DNA of 47,720 nt from Octopus bimaculoides (taxonomy: Eukaryota): the NCBI RefSeq assembly GCF_001194135.2, contig NC_068982.1:167506060-167553779 (forward strand), written 5' to 3'. The notes below the pieces were generated by a model. The model had not been told where the DNA came from. It saw only the letters and a program-made list of their open reading frames with translations, and did not search any database. Numbering within the stretch: the first letter of the stretch is position 1; each line of letters starts with the position of its first letter. The translations under genes were made by a program, and so were the position numbers. This document shows positions 11,862-23,012 of this stretch, in pieces.

Positions 11862-11970
11862 CGTGGTGCTAAGCCTGGGAATCACGCTAACGGAAAGAGC
11901 TGTAAGTCGAGATTCTACATTTTTGTAATTAATTAATAAATGATAATTGATATGGATCAATTGATTATTG
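11340..11970. repeat. Inverted repeat, ~110-bp arms (11340-11450 / 11859-11970), around a spacer containing (CTT)n
   Basis: aattgatccacatcaagtatcatttattaattaattacaaaaacacagaatctcgacttacagctgtttccg..caccacgata is reverse-complemented at 11859-11970 with scattered mismatches. Confidence 0.9.
11708..11858. repeat. (CTT)n microsatellite
   Basis: Direct reading; it produces the poly-L and poly-R ORFs. Confidence 0.95.
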
Positions 11971-12245
11971 ATTAATTTTACCTCCATTTCCTGCTTTCCT
12001 TGAATATTGATAAACTTTAGTTTATTCTTGTCATTATCTATCATTTATAAGCATTAATACAAATGCTCATGAGTAAATATAGGTGATACACCAGTGAGTT
12101 CATTGGATACAAGTATCCCTTAGACGGTTGCTATAACCTCTAACTTAACTCGCACACACACACACACACTCACACACACACGCACGCACACACACACACA
12201 CGCACAAATACACACATACACACACACACACAAGCATATATATAT

Positions 12246-12811
12246 AAATGAGTAACAAAGATGTACAAGTGTCAATTCATTACGGCCGTTTCAAGCGTCT
12301 CCTTTAACTGACTAATGAAAACATTACATCATTGCAAAGAAACTGTTTTCGTCAGATGATTGCATAGACATTAAACACAAAGGACTAACCAACTGCTTTA
12401 ACATATTCGTATCACCAACGGAGCTCAAATATTTACAAATTTTGGGTGATTGAAGACAACATTGCCTCTGTTGTCTTCGAAGTGTAGGTAAATAGGTCAC
12501 TACTCTCAATTATTCCTCCCTACACTATAACCTCTACTAACCTCTAAATTCTAGTAGGTTCGACACTACATAGACCCTTTTCTAAACTTATTCTGCCAAA
12601 GATACATCAGCAGAATCAATGTAAATATTTGAGCTCCGTTAGTGATACGTATATGTTAGAGCAGTTGGTTTGTCCTTTGTCTTTGAAGTCTATGCAGTCA
12701 TCTGACGAAAACAGCTTCTTTGCAATGATGTAATGTTTTCATTAATCAATTAAAGGAGTCGCTTGAAACGGCCGTAATGAATTGACACCTGTACATCTTT
12801 GTTACTCATTT
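12246..12811. mobile_element. Palindromic MITE/foldback-like element, ~190-bp arms
   Basis: 12246-12437 (aaatgagtaacaaagatgtacaagtgtcaattc..gagctcaaatatttaca) is the reverse complement of 12620-12811 with a minority of mismatches; no TSD identified. Confidence 0.8.
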
Positions 12812-13332
12812 TTTCTTCATCTACCCTGGAATCTGCAGTTCGGAAATTTTATAGAAAGTATTTTTTTATAAAGTACATGTTTGCACAACCAAGAACATAT
12901 CTCTTCATTAAGTTGGGTCGTGTTATCTGCATACACTGCAAGAATATCAAGTGCAGAATCTTCTGCACAGAGTTTGCAGTTCACCTGATATTGTTTGGGC
13001 GTGCAAATTCGATCGACATAACAATGTGCCTCAATTTAAGTTCTTAATTCAACCGAATCTTAATTATATATATATATATATATATNNNNNNNNNNNNNNN
13101 NNNNNNNNNNNNNNNNNNNNNNNNNNNNNNNNNNNNNNNNNNNNNNNNNNNNNNNNNNNNNNNNNNNNNNNNNNNNNNNNNNNNNNNNNNNNNNNNNNNN
13201 NNNNNNNNNNNNNNNNNNNNNNNNNNNNNNNNNNNNNNNNNNNNNNNNNNNNNNNNNNNNNNNNNNNNNNNNNNNNNNNNNNNNNNNNNNNNNNNNNNNN
13301 NNNNNNNNNNNNNNNNNNNNNNNNNNNNNNNN

Positions 13333-13363
<31 letters not shown>

Positions 13364-13466
13364 TAGATATACATACATATACATACATACATACAAATAT
13401 TTGTACTTATATGAAGTATATATCTGTATATATCTGTATACATGTACGCACACTATATATACGTGT

Positions 13467-13625
13467 GTTGTTGCTTAGCTCTTGGGCAGCACTGATAGTA
13501 AAGGTCTATGATGAAAAGAATTTCTTCCATGATCATCAAAACTGCCTGGACTGCATTATCCAATGTGTTCTTGTCCTTTAGGTATAATATGAGGTAAGAT
13601 TTGGCTGCTATTTCTAACATGTTCT
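13467..13625 (+). repeat. Unnamed two-block interspersed repeat (family E)
   Basis: Block 1 gttgttgcttagctcttgggcagcactgat..ccatgatca and block 2 gatttggctgctatttcta; same order at 38457-38602 (+) and 40230-40750 (-). Confidence 0.55.
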
Positions 13626-13884
13626 ACTATTACATCGGCAGGGGAATCCTTCGTAGGGTTGTTTACTGGACGGTATCTGTGAATATCCATGAATGGTAAT
13701 CTTTCTAATGAATGACATTCATCCCAATATATATCTCTCAGTAATGAAGCACGATATATGACATCGGTAGGATCGAACTGACCAACACTGCAATTCCATA
13801 CTCCAAAACCGATCGTAGAAAACTAATTCTTTACTCGTTACCACCCTTCTACGTGTCAAAACTCGTTCAAGCCACACTGATTTT

Positions 13885-13919
<35 letters not shown>

Positions 13920-13944
13920 TATTATTATTATTATNNNNNNNNNN

Positions 13945-13991
<47 letters not shown>

Positions 13992-14552
13992 CGTGGCAAA
14001 TTAACAGCTGGGATTGAATTCAATAAGTATTTATGGTAAAGTGTTAACAGTATAATCGAAGTTATATGTATTGATTTAATTGAATGACTATTGTCTGATA
14101 TATTGGTTATAGTAGTGGCTATATGTGCCTGGATAATAGTGGTGATGATGATGATGGTGTTAGTGATGATAGTGATGATGATGAGGACGGTGGTGGTGGT
14201 AGTGATGCTAAGAGGTGGTATTGTGTGTGTTAATGATTGTACTGATATTAATCTGAGGTGTTATTAACAGTCGTGTCTTTGATATTGTTGCGATTGCAGT
14301 TGTTGATGATGATGACAATAATAGATGTAATTGTGACGAAGACAACGATGATGATGATGATGACGATGATGACAGTATTATCAATGATGGTGCTAACAGT
14401 AGTAATAGCGAAGGCTGTGCAGTTGTAGCAACGGTGATTATTTGTTACGTTGGTTCTGCTGCAGCGGTTGGGCTTTGTTCTTGCTGCTGTTTAGTCCGGC
14501 ATCAATCCTGATTGCGGAAATCTACGATAAAAACCAGTCCAATCGTTATCAT

Positions 14553-15093
14553 AGGCGTAGGAGTGGCTGTGTGGTAAGTAGCTTGCTTACCAACCACACG
14601 GTTCCGGGTTCAGTCCCACTGCGTGGCACCTTGGGCAAGTGTCTTCTACTATAGCCTCGGGCCGACCAAAGCCTTGTGAGTGGATTTGGTAGACGGAAAC
14701 TGAAAGAAGCCCGTCGCATATATGTATGTATATANNNNNNNNNNNNNNNNNNNNNNNNNNNNNNNNNNNNNNNNNNNNNNNNNNNNNNNNNNNNNNNNNN
14801 NNNNNNNNNNNNNNNNNNNNNNNNNNNNNNNNNNNNNNNNNNNNNNNNNNNNNNNNNNNNNNNNNNNNNNNNNNNNNNNNNNNNNNNNNNNNNNNNNNNN
14901 NNNNNNNNNNNNNNNNNNNNNNNNNNNNNNNNNNNNNNNNNNNNNNNNNNNNNNNNNNNNNNNNNNNNNNNNNNNNNNNNNNNNNNNNNNNNNNNNNNNN
15001 NNNNNNNNNNNNNNNNNNNNNNNNNNNNNCGATTTGCTCGACTAAAGGCGGTGCTCCAGCATGGTCGCAGTCAAAAGACTGACACAAGTAAGA

Positions 15094-15100
<7 letters not shown>
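14553..15100 (+). mobile_element. SINE family A, full length, with an N-gap in the internal microsatellite
   Basis: Head aggcgtaggagtggctgtgtggtaagtagc..ggttcagtccc; tail gatttgctcgactaaaggcggtgctccagcatggtcgcagtc. Confidence 0.92.
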
Positions 15101-15137
<37 letters not shown>

Positions 15138-16020
15138 GAGAGCAAGCTGTAACATTAAAAAAAATTCAGACTTGGTGCCTCACTTTATTAAGATGCAAGG
15201 TTTGGTTTGAAGGGTGATATTTGGTTGCGTTTCTGGCAGGTCGACACTCCCTTGATTTATCAAGCGCTATTGGTACTTGTAGGTTGTAGTTTTATCTTCA
15301 TGGTGATGGTGATAGACAGTGGCAGTAATATTGTTGTGTTGGTTTCAAAGAATCAACGACAAAAATAATAGAACGAACAAGAAGACGTAAAGCAGCAACA
15401 ACGAGCAGAATATGTATAGTTTTTAGTTATACACTATAAGACAGAAATTCAGAATAAATTCGACGTTTCGGACTAAGTCCTTCAACGGAAAAAGTTGCGA
15501 CGAAGAGAATATTTTTTTCGGAATTTTTTCTATTGTTTTGTTTCTGATAAACCTTATTCTGCTGGACTACCACGCTGACGGCAGTCGAAATAATCGAATT
15601 ACACCGGATTCACTATTACTATATAAAAGATTAAAAAATAGCTTTCTGTTTTTGTTCTTATTTAGCTATATACTAATACAGATGTGGACTGTACATTTGC
15701 AGATACAGACACTCACATATCAGCTACACACACATACACACACACACACTACCGAACTGATGTCATTAATGAACCATACTTAACTTCCCAGACAGAGAGT
15801 CGCCTGCTATTCGCCAACATCCTGTCCAAGCACGTGGTCCTAGGAATAAACATTTGAATTGAGATCGCTACCATATTAATAACGTCACGTGACCTGTGTT
15901 GACAAAAGCGGCTCACCATCTTCACGTCATATTGGACTTTGCCTCATTCAGTCTCTACAAGCCTGACGAGATAGTCAGCCCGAATGGAGCCGAGTCAAAC
16001 TGTTATTGAATGATATAAAT

Positions 16021-16075
16021 GGAGCACTGCCACCGGCAGTGCTCCAGCATGGCCATAGCCTTAGGGCTGAAACGT
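16021..16075 (+). mobile_element. SINE-type 3' tail with a perfect 11-bp hairpin
   Basis: ggagcactgcc-acc-ggcagtgctcc followed by agcatggccatagccttagggctgaaac. Confidence 0.6.
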
Positions 16076-17410
16076 ATGAAATAATGAAATAATAAAAGAG
16101 TATATATATATATATATATNNNNNNNNNNNNNNNNNNNNNNNNNNNNNNNNNNNNNNNNNNNNNNNNNNNNNNNNNNNNNNNNNNNNNNNNNNNNNNNNN
16201 NNNNNNNNNNNNNNNNNNNNNNNNNNNNNNNNNNNNNNNNNNNNNNNNNNNNNNNNNNNNNNNNNNNNNNNNNNNNNNNNNNNNNNNNNNNNNNNNNNNN
16301 NNNNNNNNNNNNNNNNNNNNNNNNNNNNNNNNNNNNNNNNNNNNNNNNNNNNNNNNNNNNNNNNNNNNNNNNNNNNNNNNNNNNNNNNNNNNNNNNNNNN
16401 NNNNNNNNNNNNNNNNNNNNNNNNNNNNNNNNNNNTCTATGGGTAGGAGTGTAAAGAAAGAAGGAAGGGGTGTGTATATGCACGTATAGGAGAATATCGT
16501 GTTTTAAGATGGGCATAGGGGAGAGTACTGTGTAAATATGATTTTATGGTATGTGTGTAGTAGTGCGCATGTACGGAAATACAGTGACGTGGGTGAGTGC
16601 CGGTGTGGCGTGTTGATGTGTGCGTGTGTAATTGTTATATGTGTGTGTGATGAAAGTGTGAAATAAAGGAGGTGGGAGCGGGTGCAAGTGTGAGGTAAGA
16701 AGAGAGGAGAAAGGGAAGAGGGGAGGAGTGATAGTAGTGTATGTAAGGGTATGAATGTGAGAGGCCGAAATGTGAAAAAAAAAATAGTCATTTATAAGAG
16801 GAGAAAGAGAATACAATATAACACTGGTGCAAGAAAACTCAGTTTTGTGAAGGAAGAAAAATTAGTGCGGCACGTAGAGGGGCAAGAGGAGTACGGTGGA
16901 GGTGGACGTCAAGCGTATAAACGAATGAGAGAAAAATAAATGAAGACTGGAAAATAAAAAAAATAAAATAAGAACGATTAACTTCAGGGAGAGAGAAGAG
17001 AAATTAAGAAAAAAAAAAAAATTAGGGAAAATAAATTGAGAAAAATTTATTACAATAAGACACTAATAAGAAAATGAATAGATAAATAAAAATACAATAC
17101 TGCTGGAAAGTCCAGATAGGCACACGACTAGTGTGAAGCCTGGGGAGATAGAATTATTCATAATATGGTGAGAAGACAATTAAAGAAGTAGTTGATAGAT
17201 GTGTAAGCACGTGACAGAGATTATTAGGGCATTTATAATGGAAGGGGGTGGGGAGCGAAAGACCTGATAATCTAAAAATGCTGAGAATTCATAGATAGTG
17301 AAAGAGGTGAAAATCTGGTGAGAGAGAGAGAAGGAGAGAGAGAGAGAGTAAAATTGCGAAAATCAATGCTTCTACTGCTTGCTTCATGTTCTTGCTTGAT
17401 GACGCTGGGG

Positions 17411-17772
17411 TTATCCTAGGTTAGTGGTCTCAGAGATGTCATCGTGAGCATCCTCCAAGGTGATGTTGAGCTTCTGGAAATCTCCCCCAATCACGTCCAG
17501 CCGTCTGGTGGGTGGGTGGGGGGCCTGCCACGAGGACTCTTCCAGCCTGCAACTGCTGCGTCGAATGAGAGTAAAGCCCCGGTTGGATGGTTTAGCGGGA
17601 GACGGAGGACATGTCCGTACCAGCGCATGCGACGGATAACTATGCAGTGGGCAGCTGCGGGCTGATGTCTGCGTGCACTCAGTTCTTTGCTGGAAGCGTA
17701 ATGATACCATCTGATGTTCTCGATGGTTTTCAAGGCTCTACTATCGAGTCCGTTGATTCTCTTTGCGAGGGA
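17411..17772 (-). mobile_element. RTE-clade LINE 3' fragment
   Basis: KTIENIRWYHYAS..RRMRWYGHVLRLPLNHP..GWKSPRGRP..DVIGGDFQKLNITLEDA; truncated by an N-gap. Confidence 0.85.
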
Positions 17773-18204
17773 NNNNNNNNNNNNNNNNNNNNNNNNNNNN
17801 NNNNNNNNNNNNNNNNNNNNNNNNNNNNNNNNNNNNNNNNNNNNNNNNNNNNNNNNNNNNNNNNNNNNNNNNNNNNNNNNNNNNNNNNNNNNNNNNNNNN
17901 NNNNNNNNNNNNNNNNNNNNNNNNNNNNNNNNNNNNNNNNNNNNNNNNNNNNNNNNNNNNNNNNNNNNNNNNNNNNNNNNNNNNNNNNNNNNNNNNNNNN
18001 NNNNNNNNNNNNNNNNNNNNNNNNNNNNNNNNNNNNNNNNNNNNNNNNNNNNNNNNNNNNNNNNNNNNNNNNNNNNNNNNNNNNNNNNNNNNNNNNNNNN
18101 NNNNNNNNNNNNNNNNNNNNNNNNNNNNNNNNNNNNNNNNNNNNNNNNNNNNNNNNNNNNNNNNNNNNNNNNNNNNNNNNNNNNNNNNNNNNNNNNNNNN
18201 NNNN

Positions 18205-18268
<64 letters not shown>

Positions 18269-20204
18269 CTTGTATCTACATGTTTGAGTGTGTTTTAGGG
18301 AGCTCAAAAGTTGATGGCAGGAAAGGTGTGAAACAGAATGGTCAAGCAATGTGGAAGTGGTAGTGGAAGGAGAGGAAAGTGTTATTGAATGAGAAAATGT
18401 GTGTGCAAGTGTGAGAATGTGTGTGGATGAACCCTCCTTCACTAAAAACTAGACATTTGATGTTTGAAAGTGTTTGTGAGTAGATGTGCATGAAAAACAC
18501 TTCGAAGTAACCGACTATTCCTTATCATAATTATATTAGCTTACATATGTGTATTGAATTCTTTTTCAGTTAATGTTTGTAATTTAATATATGTATATAT
18601 ATCTGCCTTATCTTCGAAACGTCGAGTTAGAATAGAGGCAGCTGATGAATAATTCCAAGTGGCTTTCTGTTTTCCTATGTGTTCGTTCCGTTGTCTGTAG
18701 TTCATTGTTCTAACGTCCTGTACCCTGATATGCATCTATATACACATGTAGATGAAAGTATATACATATATGTGTGTATACATGCATATATATTTTTTNN
18801 NNNNNNNNNNNNNNNNNNNNNNNNNNNNNNNNNNNNNNNNNNNNNNNNNNNNNNNNNNNNNNNNNNNNNNNNNNNNNNNNNNNNNNNNNNNNNNNNNNNN
18901 NNNNNNNNNNNNNNNNNNNNNNNNNNNNNNNNNNNNNNNNNNNNNNNNNNNNNNNNNNNNNNNNNNNNNNNNNNNNNNNNNNNNNNNNNNNNNNNNNNNN
19001 NNNNNNNNNNNNNNNNNNNNNNNNNNNNNNNNNNNNNNNNNNNNNNNNNNNNNNNNNNNNNNNNNNNNNNNNNNNNNNNNNNNNNNNNNNNNNNNNNNNN
19101 NNNNNNNNNNNNNNNNNNNNNNNNNNNNNNNNNNNNNNNNNNNNNNNNNNNNNNNNNNNNNNNNNNNNNNNNNNNNNNNNNNNNNNNNNNNNNNNNNNNN
19201 NNNNNNNGTACGTATATGTACATACATGTCGAAGCCTAATAAATATAATTATATAAAAGCATACGTATATATATCACGTACGTACACACATGTTTGTGTG
19301 TATGTGTGTGTGTGTGTGTGTATGCACAAATATCTATATCTGTATTAGTATATGTATATAAAGGCATATATGCATACATATACATATAAATATATGTATA
19401 TAAATACATACATGTATTCATGCATATTTTCACATGAAATTAAAAATAGAGAAATAGTATGTGTAATAGCTTTTTATACCGAAGTACAATACTTATTGAC
19501 ATTCACAAACACTCGAGCGCTCATACAGGCTACAAATACATTCACTCACTCACACATGTACACACACACTCTCTTTCACACACACACACATTCACACATA
19601 CACATTCACACATACACACGCAGACACACTTTTAAAGAACCGACTCACAGCTTGTTGAGGTGTAGAAGTGTATTGTAAAGCGATATAGATAGATAGACGT
19701 ATACATACACATATATATATATATATATATAGATAGATAGATAGAGAAAGAGAGAGAGAGAGAGAGGATATTTGTGAAAGCCTGCTCATTCAACCGTGAA
19801 TACACCTTTCATTCACCTATAGCTTCTACACGGACAGGTTTACTATAAATACACATTGGAAAGGAAATATTTTGATGTTATAAAATATACATAAGCCAAT
19901 GTGGAGGTTGCGGGTGAGTTTGGAAAGTGGCGAGAGAAGCATTGTGAAGGGGATTGCATATTACACGAATAGTCTAAAAATAAAGTTAGAACACATACTC
20001 ACGCCCACACACACGCGTTCACACACGAACGCAGGTACGCACGCACACACGCGCGCGCGCGTCAATAACTATACCTTTGTCTGTGTGCTTCTGTACATAC
20101 ATACATACATATACACAACCATATACATGCATTTGTGCATGATGTGTAATAAACGGGAAGTGTTCAGGAGAGATATACAACCCCTACTGTCTCCCTTTTT
20201 CGTG

Positions 20205-20450
20205 TGATGATGATGATGATGATGGTGGTGGTGATGATGATGATGATGATGATGATAATGATGGTAGTGGTGGTGGTGGTGGCGGTGTTGGTGGTGATAA
20301 TGATGATGGTGATGATAATGATGATGACGATGATGAGGGTGGTGGTAGTGGTGACGATGATTATTATTATGATGATGATGGTGATGTGATGATGATGATG
20401 GTGATGAGGATGAGGATAATAATAATAATATTAATAATAATGGTGATGAT
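20205..20450. repeat. Compound (GAT/GGT/AAT)n low-complexity tract (similar tract at 14130-14440)
   Basis: Direct reading. Confidence 0.85.
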
Positions 20451-20971
20451 GACGAATTCTTTTATTTGCCTCATATATAGAGGGCATTTCAAAAACAGTT
20501 TACAATGTGTGAAGGGGTTTATATAAAAGGTAAAGGTAACGAAAGAGAATAGACGGTGAAATGAATTAAAAGTATACATTAAATATGAAGTATGTGAACA
20601 AATGAATGATGCAGTCCTTCTGATAAAGTGGGAGCTCCAAATAGGCGAACCAAGGAACCCCACAGATCCGGATTACCCTGACGATCAAAAGCACGAGCCC
20701 TCGTCCAACGATTGTTCTAATGTCTACGGGCGCATGCTTTGAGAAGGTCCATTCACCGGAATCCCTTTTGCCACAGTAAGCCATCTTGTTTTTTGTTTTT
20801 TTACATATACACCGGGAATAGAGTACTCCTGTTTCGATCCTCATTTCCTTTACTTAAAAAGAGTCGACCAGGGCCCTGACCGAAGAGAAAGATGTCTTTT
20901 ATTCAGCCTTTCAGCGTCGGTTACCACACAACTTCTTTCGCCTTACCCAATAACAACAACAATAACGACAA

Positions 20972-21032
<61 letters not shown>

Positions 21033-21058
21033 AGCAACAACAACAACAACAACAACAA

Positions 21059-21640
21059 ATGCTCTGATGTAGTACCAGTCACTGGCTCTCAAGGCTTCTG
21101 ATCTTAACTGATTGGAAGTGTTATCCTGTACATATTTTGTCTTGGTATAAAAGATGGGCTACAGCAAATATTTTGCTCAGTACCACAGATTTGCTTGTCA
21201 CTTGTTTGACCTTATCCAGTTGAGCATGTCCTTTGGTGGCTGACAATATGTGCATTTCTGATCACGAGCATCATAGCCATGTGTTAAGAGGGAATTCTTT
21301 GGAGTTTGAATAATTCACCTCTGGAAACATGAGTGATTCTTTCAACATCCTTAAACAACCCTTATTCAAAGACCTTTTGAACGTGATGGGCTACTCGACC
21401 CGAAGAAAATTCTAACGGCTCCTCCTACGAGGTCATGCCCTGTTTATCTTGATATGAGATCACCATGTCACGCACATATGGTTGCGATGCATGTGCGTAC
21501 CTGGTGTACCCTTATCAGGCGAGTAGTCATGATGGGTATACTGAGCTTATTTTACCCCAGTGTTACATATTTTATCCCAGTGTTACATATTTTATCCCAG
21601 TGTTACTTCGAGAGCATGCACTGCTCTCTCACTTAATAAT
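21059..21640 (+). mobile_element. Interspersed repeat, probable retroposon 3' region ending in AAT repeats
   Basis: Starts right after an (AAC)n/(AGC)n/(ATC)n tract, ends ctctcactt-aataat; contains a 20-bp unit in ~3 tandem copies at 21548-21606. Recognised from memory as a common octopus repeat; no protein motif seen. Confidence 0.5.
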
Positions 21641-21853
21641 GGTTTCAAATTTTGTCACAAGGGCAGCAGTTTTGGGGAAGGGGATGAGTCGATTACATCG
21701 ACCCAGTGTTCAACTGGTACTTATTTTATCGACCCCAAAAGGATGAAAAGTAAAGTCGACTTCGGCAGAATTTGAACTCAGAACGTAGCGACGGGCGAAA
21801 TACCGCTAAGCATTCTGTTCAGCGTGCTAACGATTCTGCCAGCTCGCTGCCTT
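21641..21853 (-). mobile_element. SINE family B monomer inserted in an (AAT)n tract
   Basis: Matches the reverse complement of 38983-39140; AAT repeats on both sides (21635-21640, 21860-21890). Confidence 0.9.
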
Positions 21854-22093
21854 CAGCAATAGTAATAATAATAATAATAATAATGATGATGATGATGATG
21901 ATAATGATAATTTTTATGAATGAATTTTGTCCATGCGACAAGTGTCGGACGCATGGTCACAGTTTCCTCGTAACTTCGTTAGCGTCCTTACCTTCCAAGA
22001 CAACTAGCGATGCTGTTTGTGTTATATACATAATACACACGCACACAACTAAACATATATTTGCGTGTGTTTATATATGTATTTATAGTTATA

Positions 22094-22130
<37 letters not shown>

Positions 22131-22579
22131 GTGTGTGTACGTGCGTGCGTGCAGGTGTGTCTGTGTGTCTGTATGAATGTGCAAGAAAACGTTTAAGTGT
22201 AAACAAAAGGAAGAATAGAAAAAGAAAATATGCATCAATCAAAGTTAAGTTATATGTTATATCAGAAACTGAACAACTTCGCAAACGTTACTCGGAGTTT
22301 CAAGCTGCAGAACTTCAAACAATTATAAAAAGATTAGAAAATAATTGACTTGTATTATAAACGACTAGCATGAAAATATTGAAATATAAAGAAAATCAAG
22401 TGGATAATATCCTTTCCTACTGTAACCATTGACTTGTTTGATTATAATCTCTCTAGCCCCGCCCCAGTATCTGCATCTTATTTCAATAAAACCACATCTC
22501 TCTCCCTTCTCTGCGGTTAAACTGTCTGTCCCAGGGAGAGTTTCCTTCTGTATAACATACATGCTCATATTCCTCTACA

Positions 22580-23012
22580 CATTCTTTTCTACCCTAGGCA
22601 CAAGGCCCAAAATTTTTGGAGAGGGGTCCAGTTGATTAGATTGACCCCAGTATGCAGCTGGTACTTAATTTATCGACCTCGAAAGGATGAAAGGCAAAGT
22701 CGACCTCGGCGGAATTTCAACTGAGAACGTAAAGACAGACAAAATACCGCTAAACATTTCGGCCGGCGTGCTAACGTTTCTTATTTCTTTACTGCCCACA
22801 AGGGGCCACACACAGAGGGGACAAACAAGGACAGACAAAGAGATTAAGTCAATTATATCGACACCAGTGCGTGACTGGTACTTATTTAATCGACCCCGAA
22901 AGAATGAAAGGCAAAGTGGACCTCGGCGGAATTTGAACTCAGAACGTAGCGGCAGACGAAATACCGCTAAGCATTTCGCCCGGCGTGCGAACGTTTCTGC
23001 CAGCTCGCCATC
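22580..23012 (-). mobile_element. Dimeric SINE family B
   Basis: Two head-to-tail monomers joined at aaagaaataagaaacgttagcacgccgg. Confidence 0.9.

Noticed and set aside
13755-13805. B-box-like gttcgatcct on the minus strand
   Set aside because: No matching A-box or SINE body recognised; too short to call.
21548-21606. 20-bp direct repeats resembling a CRISPR array
   Set aside because: Head-to-tail tandem units without spacers, in animal DNA with no cas genes.
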